Origin: Candidatus Delongbacteria bacterium
GTDB lineage: Bacteria > UBA4055
Length of the DNA: 39,643 nucleotides
Direction of reading: 5' to 3'
Assembly: GCA_016937995.1 (NCBI GenBank)
Contig: JAFGVM010000040.1
Span: 1-39,643 of the forward strand
Made by a program: the position numbers and the translations under genes. Below are positions 37,268-39,643 of this stretch, piece after piece; position 1 is the stretch's first letter, and each line of letters starts with the position of its first letter. The notes under the pieces are model-generated. The model had not been told where the DNA came from and did no database searches. It saw only the letters and a list, made by a program, of their open reading frames with translations.

Positions 37268-38482
37268 TTAAATAACCTTTTTTTCTCTGTTTATGCTTAT
37301 TATCACACCAACCATGATCATGTTCACCAGCATGGCTGATCCACCATAACTTAGGAACGGCAGAGTTAGACCGGTAACAGGCATTATACCTATTGCAATT
37401 CCTATATTAAGTGAGATCTGAAATATGAACAAAGCCGTTATTCCTGAACTGACCAGATATAGAAATTTATTATGTGTTTCTATAGTGATCTTTATCATTC
37501 TGTAAATGAACAAAGAAAATAATCCCAGTAATATGATTATTCCGATCAATCCGAACTCTTCCGATATCACACTGAATATAAAATCAGTATGCCCCTCTGG
37601 AAGAAATCTCAATTGCACCTGACTGCCGTTCAAAAAACCTTCTCCTGTCAAATTACCATTGCTGACCGCAACTTTTGACTGTACGACCTGCCATCCCCCC
37701 TCTCTTGAAAATTTTTCAGGATCAAGAAAAGTCAGAAGTCTCATTTTCTGGTAGGGTTTCAATCTGCTCCATATCAGAGAAGAGCCGATTCCGGTAAAGA
37801 AACAAACAAACCATATTATTGCAGCCTTAATGTAGTTTTTTGAAAATTTATAAAGAATAAGAGCGTAAATTATCAGCGAAGTCACAAAAAACTGAATACC
37901 GACCCCTTTTGCTATGACAAATAATAATATTGCGAACATGTTAAGAAGGTAGTAATATGGAACACCCGCAGCGAAAATTATTGAAACAAATAGGAATATA
38001 TATACTAGAGATGTGCCTAGATCAGGTTGCTTGAAAACCAATATTGCAGGTAACAAAGTTATAGCCAGTCCAGTTATAAGATATCTTTTATCGTTCCAGA
38101 ATATTTTTCCGTTACTGTAATAGCTTGCTAGAGCACAGATCATAATAAATTTACCGATCTCAGAAGGTTGAAATTGAAATATTCCTAAATTAAACCACCT
38201 TTTTGCTCCCATTTTTACACTGCCAAAAAAGAATATCAGGATAAGTAACAATACAAGAAAACCATAGATCACGTTACTCATGACCTCTAGGTATCTTAAA
38301 GAAATGAATTGTATCAAAATGACCAGACCGATACCTGTAGCGAACCATACAAGCTGTTTGAATATTAATCCTTCCTCTCCTGTTGGTCTACTTGCACTGT
38401 ATATACCGAGAAGTCCCATAGAAAAAAGCATTATGACACTCAATATCAAAAAGTAATCAATATTTCTTGTTAGTTTTTTCAT
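37268..38482 (-). CDS. rodA: Rod shape-determining SEDS glycosyltransferase RodA
   Basis: GAKRW, FQPSE, QPDLGT, FLPEGHTDFIF, TGLTLPFLSYGGS. Confidence 0.92.
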   Translation of the reverse strand: MKKLTRNIDYFLILSVIMLFSMGLLGIYSASRPTGEEGLIFKQLVWFATGIGLVILIQFISLRYLEVMSNVIYGFLVLLLILIFFFGSVKMGAKRWFNLGIFQFQPSEIGKFIMICALASYYSNGKIFWNDKRYLITGLAITLLPAILVFKQPDLGTSLVYIFLFVSIIFAAGVPYYYLLNMFAILLFVIAKGVGIQFFVTSLIIYALILYKFSKNYIKAAIIWFVCFFTGIGSSLIWSRLKPYQKMRLLTFLDPEKFSREGGWQVVQSKVAVSNGNLTGEGFLNGSQVQLRFLPEGHTDFIFSVISEEFGLIGIIILLGLFSLFIYRMIKITIETHNKFLYLVSSGITALFIFQISLNIGIAIGIMPVTGLTLPFLSYGGSAMLVNMIMVGVIISINREKKVI

Positions 38483-38485
38483 AAC

Positions 38486-39643
38486 TTATGGACCTGAATT
38501 TATTTCAGGAACTATCTTTTTTAAGACCGAACCTTTGTAATAATGTTTTAAAATATCCTTGTAGCTGATTCCCTGCTCACCCATGATCTGAGCTCCGATC
38601 TGACAAAGACCCACTCCGTGACCCCATCCAGCACCTTTAAGAATATATTTGTTACCGGTTTTTCGAATTATAAATGCAGAACTAGGAAGATGTGAAGCAG
38701 AAAGAAGCCTACGAATGTTTAATTCTTTTGAAATAATGGTTTCACCATCAGTTCCGACCACATTCAGCTTACTTATTCTTCCGGAATAACCTCTTTCCAT
38801 TGGTATTATATCCAGGATATCACCAATGTTCCTGTCAAATTTCCTGAGCAGATTATCTTTTATTTCCACTGATGCTATCTCTTCTTCCCACCTGAAAAGG
38901 TCTTTTGAAAATTTAAGAGATCCGGGAAGTTTGTATTTATATGTATTGCAATAGCATTCCAAGTCATTATTTTTTATGAATTTCTCTGCCTCTATCTCAT
39001 CCATAGGTTTTCTGAATATTGTTTTATCGCAATCGTCGCTTATAGCAGGAAGGTAAGGAAAATCCATATCCTCCCAGCATGTGGAATATTTCTCTGTAAT
39101 ACCACCGCATATCTTAGAATACCTTGTATCGCAAAATTTATTGTCGAACATCAGCACCTCTCCTTCAGTGGTCTCAGTTACTATATTAGAGATATCTGTA
39201 ATTCGTTTTGTCCCCTGATAACACTGACAGTGATCATCTGCACATAGGTCATATCCATCTGAAAAATGATGCTTCCCCATTGTAGCCAACACAGTTCCTC
39301 TGGCAGCCACGGTCTGTGCTTTTAACATTTCAATATTATTATCATTTCTCATCTCAGATGAATTAACACTTTTCAGGTATGATTCTATATCGATAATATT
39401 TACAGAGGTAAGAAGTCCGCTATTGCCGATCATAACTTCAAGCTCACCTTTGTATTCCAGTTCCTCTGAGTGACTCCAATGGAAATCTATTCCTACCGGA
39501 ACTTCTTTTACAATAAAACTGCAATTGTTGTCGTTATCCGGTACGAATTTTATACATTTTGCTGAAAATGGTCCTTTATCTGAGATTATTTCACCCGTAG
39601 AATCTTTTTTGATAATTTTTTTATATTTAAAATCTCCTGAAGG
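38486..39643 (-). CDS. SpoIID/LytB domain protein (5' end outside window)
   Basis: ESYLKSVNSSEM, LKAQTVAAR, LCADDHCQCYQG, GWGHGVGLCQIGA. The frame stays open upstream of 39433 to the window edge. Confidence 0.9.
   Translation of the reverse strand, partial: PSGDFKYKKIIKKDSTGEIISDKGPFSAKCIKFVPDNDNNCSFIVKEVPVGIDFHWSHSEELEYKGELEVMIGNSGLLTSVNIIDIESYLKSVNSSEMRNDNNIEMLKAQTVAARGTVLATMGKHHFSDGYDLCADDHCQCYQGTKRITDISNIVTETTEGEVLMFDNKFCDTRYSKICGGITEKYSTCWEDMDFPYLPAISDDCDKTIFRKPMDEIEAEKFIKNNDLECYCNTYKYKLPGSLKFSKDLFRWEEEIASVEIKDNLLRKFDRNIGDILDIIPMERGYSGRISKLNVVGTDGETIISKELNIRRLLSASHLPSSAFIIRKTGNKYILKGAGWGHGVGLCQIGAQIMGEQGISYKDILKHYYKGSVLKKIVPEINSGP

Noticed and set aside
22166-39643. Sporulation capacity from SpmAB and SpoIID homologs
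   Set aside because: Both families are widespread in non-sporulating diderms; the SpoIID gene sits in a rodA cell-wall context.

Overview
AT-rich bacterial chromosomal window with no rRNA, tRNA, CRISPR array or intact transposase that I can see. Secreted proteins ending in a QNYPNPFN-type sorting domain suggest an FCB-group anaerobe such as Ca. Delongbacteria or Cloacimonadota; this is inference only. Housekeeping genes include an HD hydrolase, a GNAT, an APC permease-PTS EIIA fusion, a PLP aminotransferase, thrC plus an ApgM-like gene, SpmAB, a split LysO pair, aminopeptidase P, a PHP phosphatase, a lipocalin, and a SpoIID-rodA-TPR-GlmU-like-CtpA-response regulator-PfkB block. Points of interest: (1) a mobile mystery protein A/B (HTH + Fic) pair preceded by three phased GTCAAG-N6-CTTGAC palindromes overlapping its predicted promoter; (2) an internally deleted four-helix-bundle gene bracketed by inverted heptamer-like repeats; (3) many intergenic REP/MITE-like palindrome families and heptamer tracts, including an ~85-bp composite element present twice; (4) two tandem secreted-protein genes sharing a 72-bp near-identical heptamer-repeat linker at the passenger/sorting-domain junction; (5) an unrecognised 409-aa protein upstream of the aminotransferase; (6) a paralog pair flanking an RRM gene; (7) two genes broken by single lesions and a small membrane ORF missing from the ORF track.
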